From positions 1 to 45,065 of the forward strand of contig JALAGF010003158.1 in the NCBI GenBank assembly GCA_030167865.1: 45,065 nt of DNA, given 5' to 3'. A program made the position numbers and the translations under genes. The first letter of the stretch is position 1. Every line of letters starts with the position of its first letter. This DNA comes from Craspedostauros australis (lineage: Eukaryota). Below, one piece after another: positions 32,801-44,900 of the stretch. The notes beneath the pieces were generated by a model. That model was not told where the DNA came from, ran no database searches, and was given only the letters and a program-made list of their open reading frames with translations.

Positions 32801-34941
32801 CGGATCGGTGGGTGCGGTTATCAGGATGTAGCTTCGTTCTTCCTTTGCTTGTTGTGTCTGTCTTGTTCTGCCCTGTTGGTGCATTTCCCCTCGTGGTGAT
32901 GGGAATGCAACATGTTCCGTTTTTGGCATTTGCCCCTCTTATCCACGCATTGCAATCTCTCTTCCGCGTTCTTTCACACCCCACAACTCGAGATCGTACG
33001 CCATTTTCGCACACGAGTGATTCGCCAGCATTCATCATCACCCATCCATCATCATTCGTGGGAAAAGTGGTGATTGCGCCAAATGCCTTCCGCCAATGCC
33101 CCTTCCGCACACAAACATCGCGCTCGAGAAACCTTTCGTGTGGCGTGTGTCGTGGATGTCATGTCGCTCAATTCGTGGTTTCGACAAGATGCGGCGTGCA
33201 CGTTGCGTGTGCATCAACATGTGGGGAAACCTTTTGGGGGGCCGAATGTGTAGTGACAAAAGCCTGTTGTTTCGTTAGTACGAGTGAAACGGAGCAACAC
33301 TGGATGTGATTGGCCAATGGCCGTCGTCCCAAACACGCAATCGGCGGCGTGACCCAGCATGCAATGCCATGCGGAAGAGTTTCGTATCACGGCGGTCATT
33401 GGACGGAATGAGAACTATGGCACCCAAGGGCACAATTGATCGACTGCTTTGCAGTCATCCATGAACTTTGTCCGGAACACATCGTCGGAACAAGAACATC
33501 AGAGCCATTTGGGTTTTCATTTCCACCTTTGCACATGTATCGTCATCTAATACCATGCTTGGCGATCATGTGATCTTCGTGTGGTGCTGTTGGTGCTGGT
33601 GTTAGTGTTGCTGAATCTTGACTTGTGTTTGGTGTTGTTGCTTCCGATGCTTCTTGCTGGACATGACTCTTATCCATCTTGGTCTTGGTGGTGGTTCGAC
33701 CCCGCTCCAAGCCGAACGCAACAGTGAAGTTGATCGTACACTGGAGAGTACTGGTACGGGTGGTTTTCTGGTGCACAAGAGTGGGGTACCTGAACGTACC
33801 CTGCACAGCATAGTTAGTACCTCGTATCGCACCGCAAAACGACGCACAGAGGTTCATGTGAAAACGCAAAGAACAACACCGCTCATCACCAGTACCTCCT
33901 GACAAAAACGAGAGGCAAAACGCTTCACCTTTCGATGCACATTCGTAACGAATGCGAAACACTCGCTTCGGCAGGACATAGACGCAACTATTATGCCACG
34001 ATGGAAGCGTCGTGACCAGGATATATCGAAATGACCAACGCGGATTTTTCCGCATGTCTCATCCACAACGCCGAAACAACACCGACGCATCACACTGTGG
34101 TCGTACAGGTCGAAAATCGATGGAGCATGGAAGCAATCGATTCTGTCGAATCGTGGGAATGGACTGCCTCGAGCACAGATACCAATGTTCCGTTTTGAAA
34201 GTACGTTGTTAGTTTCTTCTACATTGGCACGATTGAGTGGTCTTGTGAAATGTCGATGTCTTTCTGCGTGTGAGCGCGTGCGAAGGCGAAGGGGCACAAA
34301 AACACGAAAGCGGCAAAGAACAAAATGAAAAGGCCAGCGTTGCCGCCTGTCTCTTTCCTGTGTGGTGCCTCGCAGTCGCTGGCTGTACCAGCGTTGATGC
34401 ATCGCCACCATCAGCAGCTGTGCCCATCGTGTTGGTGGAGCAACCAGAATGTGTCTTGGAGGAAGCGAAGAGAGGCGACAGGACATGTTCTCGGGCAACA
34501 AAAGCATCGGCACCAACCCCGTCAATCCCATCGATCCCCCAGGAAGAATTGCAATCTCGCACCAGCCACGTGGGACACCATCACGAACAAGAGTTCTCGT
34601 TTTGGGAGGAACAGAGTCCAGCAAACCGACAACGGAAGGGGCCACGCCTCCCATTCTCGTGCCTGGCGCGTCTCCATCCGACAACAACAGGGGGTCAAAC
34701 TCGCTCTGTCTCTCTCTCTCTCTGTCAGTGGCTGTGCTCCCGTCTTCCTGGAGCCGATCCGCACCATCCCGCAGCTCCACGTACTCGCACATGGCCGGAT
34801 GATATGTGCTTGCACGGATAGCAGAGTAGAGCAGAGCAACACTTTCCTACAATAATCGTATTATACTTGTGCCACACGCACAGAGCACAGAACACAGAGT
34901 TCAGAATATTGCACGTACACAGGCACACTGTACACTGAACC

Positions 34942-37900
34942 ATGGCGTGCGATACTGATGCACAAGCATCAATGCGGTCAGGATCAGCGATGGCATCATC
35001 ATCATCATCGTCGCCGAAAAAGAAGAAGCTGCCGCCAACATCTTCGAGAATGCGGTTCCCGGTTGCCGTGTGTCTGTTGGGGATGGCGCTTGGCGTGATG
35101 CTGGCATGCGGCATCCACTTTGGCATCTGGCAACAATCAAAGAGTGATGGGGCGTCCAACACGCAACAGGAAAGGAAGCATCGCTTCTTCGTCCAATGCA
35201 AGGAGATGGAGCCAGGTAACGGATACCAAGACCTGCATTCAACTCAAGCCAGCCAGAGTGAATGGACAGCCGATGCGAATGTTCGTGAGAATGCCCATGG
35301 CTCGTCGCAATCCGATCGACCAGAGCAATCGTCCACTTCCAAGAACTGGCAACATCAACGCTGCATTGAGATGATTCAGAAAGGATTCCCAAACATACGA
35401 ATCCAACATGACTTCGCCACCAGAAAATCCAACGCAGGGTCCAAGCCGCTTTCTTCCACATTGCTGGGTTCCATGATCGTTGTGGAGGCTGACGCGCCCG
35501 AGGACATGGAGGAGTTGCTGTCATCGCCAAATTCACCGATCGACGCGAACGGTATCAGGATGGAAGATCCACCACGATATTTGTCATCATCCAAACCCAG
35601 TCTGCTGGATATCACCAATTCCATATCGCAGTTGCGCTCATCGCAGCAGCAGAAACAACAGCAGCAACTACGGATGCACCGTCGCGATGCCGACAATGAA
35701 CAAACCAAAAGGGAGAACCGGCATTTGCGAGAACGCAACCTTGTCACCAATCATCGCAATGGCACACAGGGTGGATCCGCGACAACACAGGACAATCTCG
35801 ATCTCAACGATGCTGGTGATGCAGAAGAATGGAATTACAATGACTACCTCTTCAATTCGGATTTGGACAACCAGCACTACCCGTACGGTTTGGAGATGCT
35901 GCGGATACCACGTGTTTGGAAAGACTACAATACCAAGGGAGATGGCATCACAGTGTGCGTAGTCGACACCGGATTGGATTCTCAACACGAAGAATTCCGG
36001 GACCTGTACCGGTCGCCCGATCTCACGCCAACCGGCGATGGTCGCACCAACATCCAAGATACCCATCAACAGCCACGCATGCAGGGATGGTCGCCCTTCG
36101 AGTATTCCCAAAGCGCAGCCTTCAGCGACACCGTGCCTGCATGGGCACAGGATGGCAACGGCCATGGCACTCACGTGGCGGGGATCCTCGCGGCATCAGA
36201 TGCAAACCGTATCGGGTTCGTGGGCGTCGCACCGGACATCAACATCCTCGTCGTACGAATATTTCAAGACAACGGGCGTTTCTACTCCTCTGATTTGGTA
36301 GAGGCCTTCCTCCAGTGCGTGGCATTCGAAAAGGAGGTCGTCGTGCCCGAAGATGAAAGTTGCGAGGACGTGAATGGAACGGATGAGACGCTGTCGAACA
36401 TGGAGGAAGATACGGCAGATGGCAATGCGATGCCATCGTCCTCCTCGTCGTCGTCCGTGGTCGACGCTTCGTCAACGACCAGCGAGAATCCCAAAACGAA
36501 AATCATCAAGGTGCCAGCCGTGGACTTCATCAACCTCAGCCTCGGTGGTCCCAAGTACCAGCCAGCCGAGCATGCCATCATCCACTGTCTGGTCCATTCC
36601 GCCAACATTGGATTCCTCGCAGCCGCTGGGAATACCAGAAGCACATCTATCGATTACCCCGCTGGCTACAATGAAGTCCTCAGCGTGGCTGCCGTTGACT
36701 CCCATGGTGAGCACGCCCCATTTTCCACGCGCAACGAGCACGTCGACGTGACCGCGCCAGGGGTCGACATTTGGAGCACATATCCATCCGCCGAGGATGA
36801 CGGAACCGACATCATGACGAGTGGAGGAAGTTCTGCGGTGCCTGCCAACCAGACAGACGGGCACAGCAACACCACACAGGACCAAGATGATATGCAACCC
36901 GCGGTTTCGGCTGTCTCAGGCACGCCCAATGGCATCGCCGCCACTGCCACCAGCAACGATGATCGTTGCGTCCAATGCAAAAAGGCGAAGGAAAAGTACT
37001 TATCGCGCGGTTACGGACCATCTAGCGGCACGAGCATGGCATTGCCACATGTCACCGGCATCATGGCCCTTGCCAAGTCCGTATTCCCAGACGCCACCGT
37101 TCCCGAATTGATGACAGCCGTTCGACGTTCAACGACTGATCTTGGAACGCATGGCAAGGATACTAAGTATGGATACGGCCTCGTGGATGCCATCCGCACG
37201 ATGGAACATCTGAAGGAACTCAGATCGCATCCATCAGCCTCGTGCGATCTGCAAGAACAGTTGGACGTTCGCCTTCTCGTCTTTGGCGAGACCGAGCTGC
37301 GGCTGGACGTTGAATGGATGCTGGACACGCTCGACGCTTCGATTCCCATCGATCAGCACCAGCCTGGGAGCATATGGTCCACTTCGCGTTCCAGCAACGC
37401 CGTCACTTCCAAGGATAGCTCGCAGTCGGCCCACAACCAGTGCTTGCCACGCGGCGGCTGCTACCGATTATCCGTGGAAGGTGAAAAGGTGGTGGGATAT
37501 TCCTTCAAGATCAACGCAGTGCAGCATGCGTACGCTTTCTACTCGCACCACCTAGCAAGCACCGTGATTTTCGGTGACGGCTGCCCCAAAGAAATGCTCA
37601 CCCGACCGGATCTGGTGGACCCTGTGAGATTGGCGGCAGAACCTACTGCTGGAGCTGGTGCGCCCACACCCGCGCCAACTCTGCCACATGTGAGCATCTT
37701 CAACGTGGGCAGCAGCACCCAAAACAATGACCAGGTCTCGCGCTTGCTGGATACCTGCAACATTCTGGACAAGGCCAAGCCGAGTGACAGCGCAACATTC
37801 ATACCACAACGAACCTCGCAGCCGTCGCAATCGCCGACGCAAGCGCCGACCACATCGCCAGCTTCTGGCGATTCATCACGGTGGATGGTCGTTATCGTCG

Positions 37901-38196
37901 CCGGGATCGGTGTGGCACTGGGTGCCATCCTCTTGTTTTGCTGCCATGGGTGCAAGCCAAAGAACAGTCCCGATGGTGACGCTAATGGCCGCGCCGCTAC
38001 TGCTGCCGTTGCGTCCAAACATTGCGGACCCAAGGCTGAAACATCAGACCCGCTGCACCCAACTGTGCGCACTTCTATGGCAACGGCGTCTACCTTCCTA
38101 TCCAAGAACATGGATATCGCAAAGGACGTGCAATCCTGCGAGAGCCAGGATGAAGAAGATACTTCTGTCAAACTCGAGAGTAAAGCGAAACCATGA
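34942..38196 (+). CDS. Membrane-anchored S8 subtilisin-like serine protease (1084 aa)
   Basis: Single ORF with triad motifs VVDTG / DGNGHGTHVAGILAA / SGTSMALPHVTG, plus INLSLGG, AAAGN, YPAGY and APGVDIWST. Hydrophobic segments occur near the N-terminus (VAVCLLGMALGVMLACGIHFGIW) and the C-terminus (WMVVIVAGIGVALGAILLFCC). Confidence 0.93.
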   Translation: MACDTDAQASMRSGSAMASSSSSSPKKKKLPPTSSRMRFPVAVCLLGMALGVMLACGIHFGIWQQSKSDGASNTQQERKHRFFVQCKEMEPGNGYQDLHSTQASQSEWTADANVRENAHGSSQSDRPEQSSTSKNWQHQRCIEMIQKGFPNIRIQHDFATRKSNAGSKPLSSTLLGSMIVVEADAPEDMEELLSSPNSPIDANGIRMEDPPRYLSSSKPSLLDITNSISQLRSSQQQKQQQQLRMHRRDADNEQTKRENRHLRERNLVTNHRNGTQGGSATTQDNLDLNDAGDAEEWNYNDYLFNSDLDNQHYPYGLEMLRIPRVWKDYNTKGDGITVCVVDTGLDSQHEEFRDLYRSPDLTPTGDGRTNIQDTHQQPRMQGWSPFEYSQSAAFSDTVPAWAQDGNGHGTHVAGILAASDANRIGFVGVAPDINILVVRIFQDNGRFYSSDLVEAFLQCVAFEKEVVVPEDESCEDVNGTDETLSNMEEDTADGNAMPSSSSSSSVVDASSTTSENPKTKIIKVPAVDFINLSLGGPKYQPAEHAIIHCLVHSANIGFLAAAGNTRSTSIDYPAGYNEVLSVAAVDSHGEHAPFSTRNEHVDVTAPGVDIWSTYPSAEDDGTDIMTSGGSSAVPANQTDGHSNTTQDQDDMQPAVSAVSGTPNGIAATATSNDDRCVQCKKAKEKYLSRGYGPSSGTSMALPHVTGIMALAKSVFPDATVPELMTAVRRSTTDLGTHGKDTKYGYGLVDAIRTMEHLKELRSHPSASCDLQEQLDVRLLVFGETELRLDVEWMLDTLDASIPIDQHQPGSIWSTSRSSNAVTSKDSSQSAHNQCLPRGGCYRLSVEGEKVVGYSFKINAVQHAYAFYSHHLASTVIFGDGCPKEMLTRPDLVDPVRLAAEPTAGAGAPTPAPTLPHVSIFNVGSSTQNNDQVSRLLDTCNILDKAKPSDSATFIPQRTSQPSQSPTQAPTTSPASGDSSRWMVVIVAGIGVALGAILLFCCHGCKPKNSPDGDANGRAATAAVASKHCGPKAETSDPLHPTVRTSMATASTFLSKNMDIAKDVQSCESQDEEDTSVKLESKAKP

Positions 38197-39078
38197 GGGC
38201 GGGTGCAGCTTCCAGACAAAGATAGACTAGTATTCATGGTATAGAGCGATAGAATACTCTACATATTCTGGATTAACAATTGGTTGTCATGATAGGTGCA
38301 TACTACATATCACACCCGACTGGAGAGTATACGAGGGTCGCGCAATGCGAGTATGAGCAGAGCATGTTCGTGGTCCATAACTCGAGCGCTTCCTGATCCG
38401 GCAGGCCTATGCAACTGAATTGGACAATTGATTCTTACCGCTTGGACGGCATGCGAAGCTGTTCATCAAAGGAGACGCAACAGCATGGATGAAAGAGCGC
38501 CGTCCTTTTGCTGCGTGCCGTCACTGCTTGGATTTGCGAATGCGGGATGCATGACTATGTACAGTGCGTGCATGTACTCGTGCGTTGCTATCCAGGAGCA
38601 GTGACCATTTGGTCCCATTTGATGCCCTTCTTGGACCCGCACCAGTAGCCGGGTTTCTTTTTCCATGAAGCCTCGATTGAGTCTCGAGATATGCACAACG
38701 GTGGGGCATGGACGTAGCATATGTAGGGTGTTGTCTCGTTCCTCAAAATACCCTTCTGGCTGCGTCGAACTAATGCGATTCCGCCAATACCGAACCTCCG
38801 TGCGCGTGCACACTGCCATCGTCGCAGCCTCTTTGATGCAATTCCATTGCATCAAGCGCTCCATTCCTTTTCTTCGTTGGGGCGCATTGCGAATTTCTTG
38901 GTCCCACCCCTTCCTGCCGAGTGTCAGTATCGTCGGATGTTCCGCAGTCGCTGGCCTCGGCCGCATCAGTTTCCATCGATTGTTCCATCTCATCTCAGGT
39001 CAGTTCATGTCATGACATTCCATGCAGTGTGGTGTGATGTCGTGTCAGACATATCGTGCGATCCAATCTCACTCCATT

Positions 39079-39663
39079 TCATCCCGTTGCGGATATCAGG
39101 CCCAGTGTGCCGGCTTCTTTGGGAAACCATTGGATGAAGAGCTTGGTGATGATGCCATCGTAGTCGCGATTCAAAAAGTAAATGATGGTCGAAATCAGGA
39201 TGCAGTAGACCGACGTATTCATCGTCTGATGTGGTGTCCATGACGGTGTCTGCGGCTTGAGACCGGGCGATGTCTGCTGTAGCTGCTGCTGCTGTTTGGA
39301 TTGCTGCATCACGATGCTCATTTGTTCCTGGGTGAGACGGAACTTCTTGCGGATTTGTTCGAGCTGTTCCGGTGGTATGTCATCGCCAGCCCACGGTTGT
39401 GTCTGCGCTGCTTTCGCTTCTTGTTGATTCTGTGATGGTGACGATGGCGTGACGGTGGCGTTGTTACTGGCTGTGTGGCTGCAGCTGCGCAGCTTTGCAA
39501 CATCTTCATCGTTCACGCGAGTGAAGCGAGAGAGAACCGCCAACCACACCACACCGATCACGAGGCCGGCAACGAAATGGACGATCAGCTGAATCCCGCT
39601 GTCCTTCGTGGTGTTCGAATCGAACCAATACTCTTGGGGGAGCAAGTTGTTAGGATTGGCCAT
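39079..39663 (-). CDS. Hypothetical small membrane protein (194 aa, two TM segments)
   Basis: ATG-initiated ORF with hydrophobic LIVHFVAGLVIGVVWLAVL and SVYCILISTIIYFL segments. The C-terminus WTPHQ...LNRDY...WFPKEA looks conserved. Confidence 0.72.
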   Translation of the reverse strand: MANPNNLLPQEYWFDSNTTKDSGIQLIVHFVAGLVIGVVWLAVLSRFTRVNDEDVAKLRSCSHTASNNATVTPSSPSQNQQEAKAAQTQPWAGDDIPPEQLEQIRKKFRLTQEQMSIVMQQSKQQQQLQQTSPGLKPQTPSWTPHQTMNTSVYCILISTIIYFLNRDYDGIITKLFIQWFPKEAGTLGLISATG

Positions 39664-40797
39664 CTTTGCGTCTTGTCATCTCCGGGGGATGTAGTGGCGG
39701 TGGCGAAGCTGCTGTTGCGAGCCAAGTGTGGCGATGCTCTGCGGTCAATCTTGCTTTTTGTGGTTGAAGTGGCTGAAATGGTTGAAGTGGTTGAAGTGTG
39801 ATGTTTGGTTTCGTTCGTGTTTCTCTTCCGCTTTCTTTGTTTGGATCGTGGACTGACGTCCCAAATCCGGAATGGGGTGAACGGTAATGATTCTAAATCG
39901 TATTATTCGAATTTGGATTCTGAATCATGCGAAAGACAAAATGCGAACCAAATCCATCGGGAGTCATGGGTACCACGTTTCATCCCACCAATGTCAGACA
40001 GATGATGGATCTGGCTTGTTCTTTTCGGTTCCCTTCGATAAGTGGAAGTTGGGTTGCTTGTCGCAGCCAATGACGGCTTGCCTTCGTTGGTGTTCGAAGA
40101 CGATCGCGCTGTCGCCAATGTAGTTATGGTATCGAGCATGTCATGTCGTATCCATGTCCCAAACGGACGCTACGTTGTGCTCCTTTGTGCATCGGTGGCC
40201 AACAACCAATCGGTTTGTCGAATCTTCTGCCGCGTTGAGAGGAAACGCGTGACAGTCGTTTATTGGCAGTCTCCGCACGACGACGGACCATGAATCTGTG
40301 TTTGCCACAGTCTTATGGGCGAACGTATGGAGGCCAGACGAAGCTACCACAAAGATTGGAACGAGAACGAAGCCAAGAAGAAGGCGCGATTTGTCGTGGA
40401 TCGGCGCAAAACAACGTATCGACGAAAATCCTTCGCGTCGTTTCGTTGCTTTCCGGATGGCAACGTATCGGAAGAGAACAACGGCAGCATCCTCACCGCG
40501 CAACAAACCACGATACGCAACGCGCGGATTGTACACGCACAGCACAATTGCGAACGGATACGGTAGGTCGTACGAGTTAGGCGGTACGTCGCGAGCCAAC
40601 ACGCGGAGAATCAGCATCGAGAAACGTCGTGTTTGCCACCAGACCTCGAGGCACCAAGTGGCGCGGCGCATGCGTGCCATGCACACACGGATAGATTCAG
40701 ACCGCATCTTGCGTCTTCTTGTATCCAGATCCTCGTGTTGTCATTGCACCCAATCCATCAGCAAACCAGCAGCAACGGCCAACGACCAGCAACAACC

Positions 40798-41949
40798 ATG
40801 ACCATGAATACTGCCAACACCACCGGAGGCAACAAAGAGGAGCCAATGGCACCGTTGCCAAAGAGGGTCGTTGCCACGTTGCTCACGCAGGAACGCGATG
40901 ATTTCCAAGACCCAGAATGGCGCCGAATCAGCAATCCAGCGATTCGTGTTTGCAGCGAAGCCATAAAAAATCGCGATACTGTTGTTGTTGCCGATGCGGC
41001 TGCCTCCGAATCTCGCTCCGAATCTACTGTGATTGCATTGGCATCTCCGTCGACTTGCGCTCACACTCGTCCCCGACAAACGCAGCACCAGCAGCAGCAA
41101 CAACAACACGAGGAACAGCAACCACGCCAATCAGATGCTGGTCCTCTTAAAAGTCCAACAATGACCAACTCCCACACCAAATCAGTGTCCTTCCATTCCC
41201 CATCGCTCACTGCAACCCAAGCCATCCCGAATCGGATGGACTATGACTACGAGCAGAGAGCTTCGATGTGGATCACTCCGATGGAGTTCCGCAGCATGAT
41301 GGCGGACTGCCATCGCGCCGTGCACTACTTCGTCCAGGAACGACGGTGGAACGAGAGTCAGGCCTCCTCAAGCGCAAGTACGAGTGTAAGCGAATCGGGC
41401 GGCGGCAGCAGCAACAAAAGACAGCGCCGTTCGCTCGACCGTCCCACCATCTCAACGAAGGCAGGCAGCTTTGGCAAGGGTCGCACGACATCACCAGGAG
41501 CAACCACCGAAGCGGACGCGGAGATGACCAGCCGCGGTTTGGAGTCCGCCTTTCCTGATCTCGCGTCGCAGCGCGCGAACCGAATCCGAACATCGGTCAG
41601 AGCTGTTCTTGATCGACAGGAGCAAATCAGATCTCGCTGCGAACGCCCCCATGGCGACCTCGCTTCTGTCTACACCACGCACACAGCCGAAGCAGTCCAA
41701 ATCGCGCTGGACCGCGCCCGCACAGATCAGATGGATGCCATCCGTATCAACTTGACGGATGACATAGCCACCACGCTTCAGATCGCTGCCGCTATTACGC
41801 AAAGACGGGAGTTGGTGTTGGCATTGCAACATCAAGGCGAATCCCGCATGAAGCGATTCGTCAAACGCGTGCGTCGCTTGAAGCAAAAGGCATCCACGTT
41901 CCTGCCGCCTCGTGGTGCGCGATCGAGGGTGCCTATTCGAAGCGCTTAG
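40798..41949 (+). CDS. Diatom-type hypothetical protein of the expanded 'KSVSF...W...RGLE' family (~383 aa)
   Basis: Ordered motifs KSVSF, IPNRMDY...SMWITPMEF, SRGLE, VRAVLDRQEQ, LASVY and ALDRARTD, characteristic of a large diatom family of unknown function. Confidence 0.8.
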   Translation: MTMNTANTTGGNKEEPMAPLPKRVVATLLTQERDDFQDPEWRRISNPAIRVCSEAIKNRDTVVVADAAASESRSESTVIALASPSTCAHTRPRQTQHQQQQQQHEEQQPRQSDAGPLKSPTMTNSHTKSVSFHSPSLTATQAIPNRMDYDYEQRASMWITPMEFRSMMADCHRAVHYFVQERRWNESQASSSASTSVSESGGGSSNKRQRRSLDRPTISTKAGSFGKGRTTSPGATTEADAEMTSRGLESAFPDLASQRANRIRTSVRAVLDRQEQIRSRCERPHGDLASVYTTHTAEAVQIALDRARTDQMDAIRINLTDDIATTLQIAAAITQRRELVLALQHQGESRMKRFVKRVRRLKQKASTFLPPRGARSRVPIRSA

Positions 41950-44900
41950 TTGGCTGCATCTTCGACAGCATGCATACCTCCTTCCTTCCAACCTTGCTTT
42001 CTCCTTCCATCACGACCATCGGAGGTCGCTGACTCTGCTGGCGGACACTCGCCAGTGCTATGCATATTATACATCATACCTATCATACCCTGCTGTACTC
42101 TACGAGCTATATACCAGACGTACCACATGGTACGCACCAAGTGCATATGGGCCAGTGCCTTCTACGATCTACTCAAGACATCTATCAATATTCTACATAC
42201 TCAACACGAAAGTGTATTACTTCACCACCTCGACGTCATGTCTCCTGTCCGGTGTCATCCCGCTGCGCAATTTACGTGATCGTGATCGCGCCCATACGCC
42301 AGTAATAGTATGTGTGTGCCAGCATGAGCACCTCACCAGCACTTCCATGCACCCTCCATCGCTCGCTCGTTGTCTTTGCTCGCCTTGGGCCAACTGCGAT
42401 GCAGTCGATGGGCTGTTGATCGCTGTGACGAATCGCTGGTCTGTTACCTGCATCACTCTTCTGAAAGCCCAGGATACTCGAACAGCGCCCTGTAGAAGTC
42501 GGACATTGACCTGCGCAATGCCCTTGCAATTCATTTGCAGATTTGTTAGGGAAAGAAGGTGAAAACGATGCGTATGATCACTGAGTTCTTGCAGACCGCA
42601 ACGGATGCTCTACCTCCGACACAACCTGGCGGTAGAAGATGTAGGCCAACATGCATGCTTGGACGTACTCGTACCATAGCTCGTACTGTGTCATGACACC
42701 CCGCGTGGCGGGAACTACCCGCCGAATGACCAGCTGCAACCGGGAAGGTGCGGTGGGTGTCGCATCCCTTCTTGAAGGACCATTCATTGCATGGTCCCCT
42801 TGCAACTATCCATGCGAAAATACATGCCAGTGTCACTCATGTATGATACATCATACATACGTGGAGCAGACAGCAATAAATGACAGACGTATCGAAGAGA
42901 AACGAGTACGAAACGAGCACGAAACGAGGAATCAAGGCCGTTTCAAGAGTTCTGAACATCAGATTTGGATTGTACCGTAAACGTACGAGTAGAAGCAAAC
43001 AGCGACGGTGCGAGATGCAAGTCGAGTACGTGCACCGCTCTGGCAGTCTTCACACATCCAGACAGGCGTTTTCGGAGACGGCACGGTCTCAGACCATATA
43101 AACCATGCATGTGCATGGTCCAAGATGTGAATGGAGTATGCACGGAGTATGCACAAGTACAATGTGGATACAGCACGAAAGGCGCTGCCACCAACCACGC
43201 ACCGATGCTTTCTGCAGTTGATCTTCATGCAGGCCGTCAACACAGCCCCGTTGCCCTTCCGTGCCACTAATGCCAGTAGGGAAACTGTAAGTGGCCATTG
43301 GGCATCCCTCGAGTTGTCATGCTGCGTATAGTATGTGGTTGAGATGACGAAGACACGCTATTCGGCCTTGCACTCTTTCTGGAGGGTGAGGGGAGAGAGA
43401 GAGAGCGGCGATGGTGTTGATGATTCGCGGTTGCGGACGCGGTTGCGAAACACGAGCTTTGTGGAGTGATGAAGGCAACACCAGCACGCGTAACCGTAGC
43501 AAAACGTCCATTCGTGGGTACTGAGATCGTAGTATGATTGAGGAGTGTGGGGTATCAAATGTGTATTGTTGGCTCTGCCAAGACCGCTGGTTGTGAGGTT
43601 AGTCCGATCGGTCGGAGGGCGGGAGTGCTTCACGCTTTCCTTGCCGGCGTGCGCTTCGCGCACAAATTTTGACGTCAGAGGAATGATAAATCGTGTTGGC
43701 AACGCACGAATGGTTCCACATGTTGGGTGTGACGCTTTGTCTGGAATGGTAGTAGCTTGTGCTCTACGCGCGGTACAAGACAGGGAGTCGCTGACTCCGA
43801 AGAAACGCCAGGCACCACCCCTTGGGCGCTTGAGTTCGCTCCCAATCGTCATGACCCGTCCACACAAACGACGGACACAACCAGAATTAGTGGTCTTCCC
43901 TCTCTGCGCGCACCCGCCGGATCCTCGGGACATTGTGGAAGAATTGTCACCGGAGCCTCATCAACCTCAACCACTTTCGCCGCCACTGCCACTGCCACTG
44001 CCACCGTCACCAACGCACGAGTCCATACCAATACCAATACCAATGCAGACACTCTCGTGCTCTTGGATTATCCCTTCATGACCCAGGGCCTATAGTGAAT
44101 CCAAATAGCAAAAAAATTTCACGGAATCTTCCTTTTAACGTCAACGTTTACATGTAACATATCACTTTCTTCATACCTGAAGAAAGCTTGAGAGATGGGC
44201 GATCCAGCCATGTGTCGCTTTCGATGGGGTTGTTAGGATGCTTGTGTCGCAATCAGAGCCTGAACTACTCGTGAATCGTTTTTTGGCCAGCGGGACTGTC
44301 GCGAACCTGTTCAGCAACACGCAGATTGTGGGCGAAATCGCATTGCTTCCGGTAAACTGCCGGACATTGAGATTCGGACATACTGTTCGCGAAGGGAAGA
44401 ACACAAATGATCGTGAGTGCGACGTTATTAGTCATGGTTGTCATGTCCTTTTGACATTCTCGTCGCGACTCGTATCTGAATGGTGTCCATACATGCCTTG
44501 AAATAGGACACCTTTTCAAAACGTGCTCTAAATAGGGCACGCTTTGTTTCTCTACATCTGAGAGACACTTCAATCATGTATTGACAATTTGAAACCGTCG
44601 GAGACGACGTCCTCACCACGACTAGATAATTCGCATTCACTACTATTGTCCGTAAATGTACNTTCAATGTTGTCCGTTAGTACGATAGTCCGTTTTGCTG
44701 GAAGCCCCATGATGGGAAGCGACAGCATTGCCGATAGTGCTGCTACTTGAAGGCCACAAAATTTCTGGCCTAGTGCCTCAAAGAGCCGGCTGTAGCCAAA
44801 CAAATTGGCGATGTTTGGCGATGTTTGGATCACAGAAACTGCTCTGTAGAATGTAGTACATTTTCTACGTAAGTCCCGAACAAAAAAAGGCTAAGAACAG

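Noticed and set aside
33688..33710. T-arm-like GGTGGTTCGACCCCGCT
   Set aside because: No acceptor stem, D arm or anticodon arm can be built, so it is not a tRNA.
33962..33980. CTCGCTTCGGCAGGACATA resembles the 5' end of metazoan U6 snRNA
   Set aside because: No ACAGAGA box or other U6 core sequence follows; most likely a chance match.
44100..44900. AT-richer stretch with short ORFs and an ambiguous base (N at 44662)
   Set aside because: May be degenerate coding or TE sequence, but no motif was recognised and there is no continuous frame.
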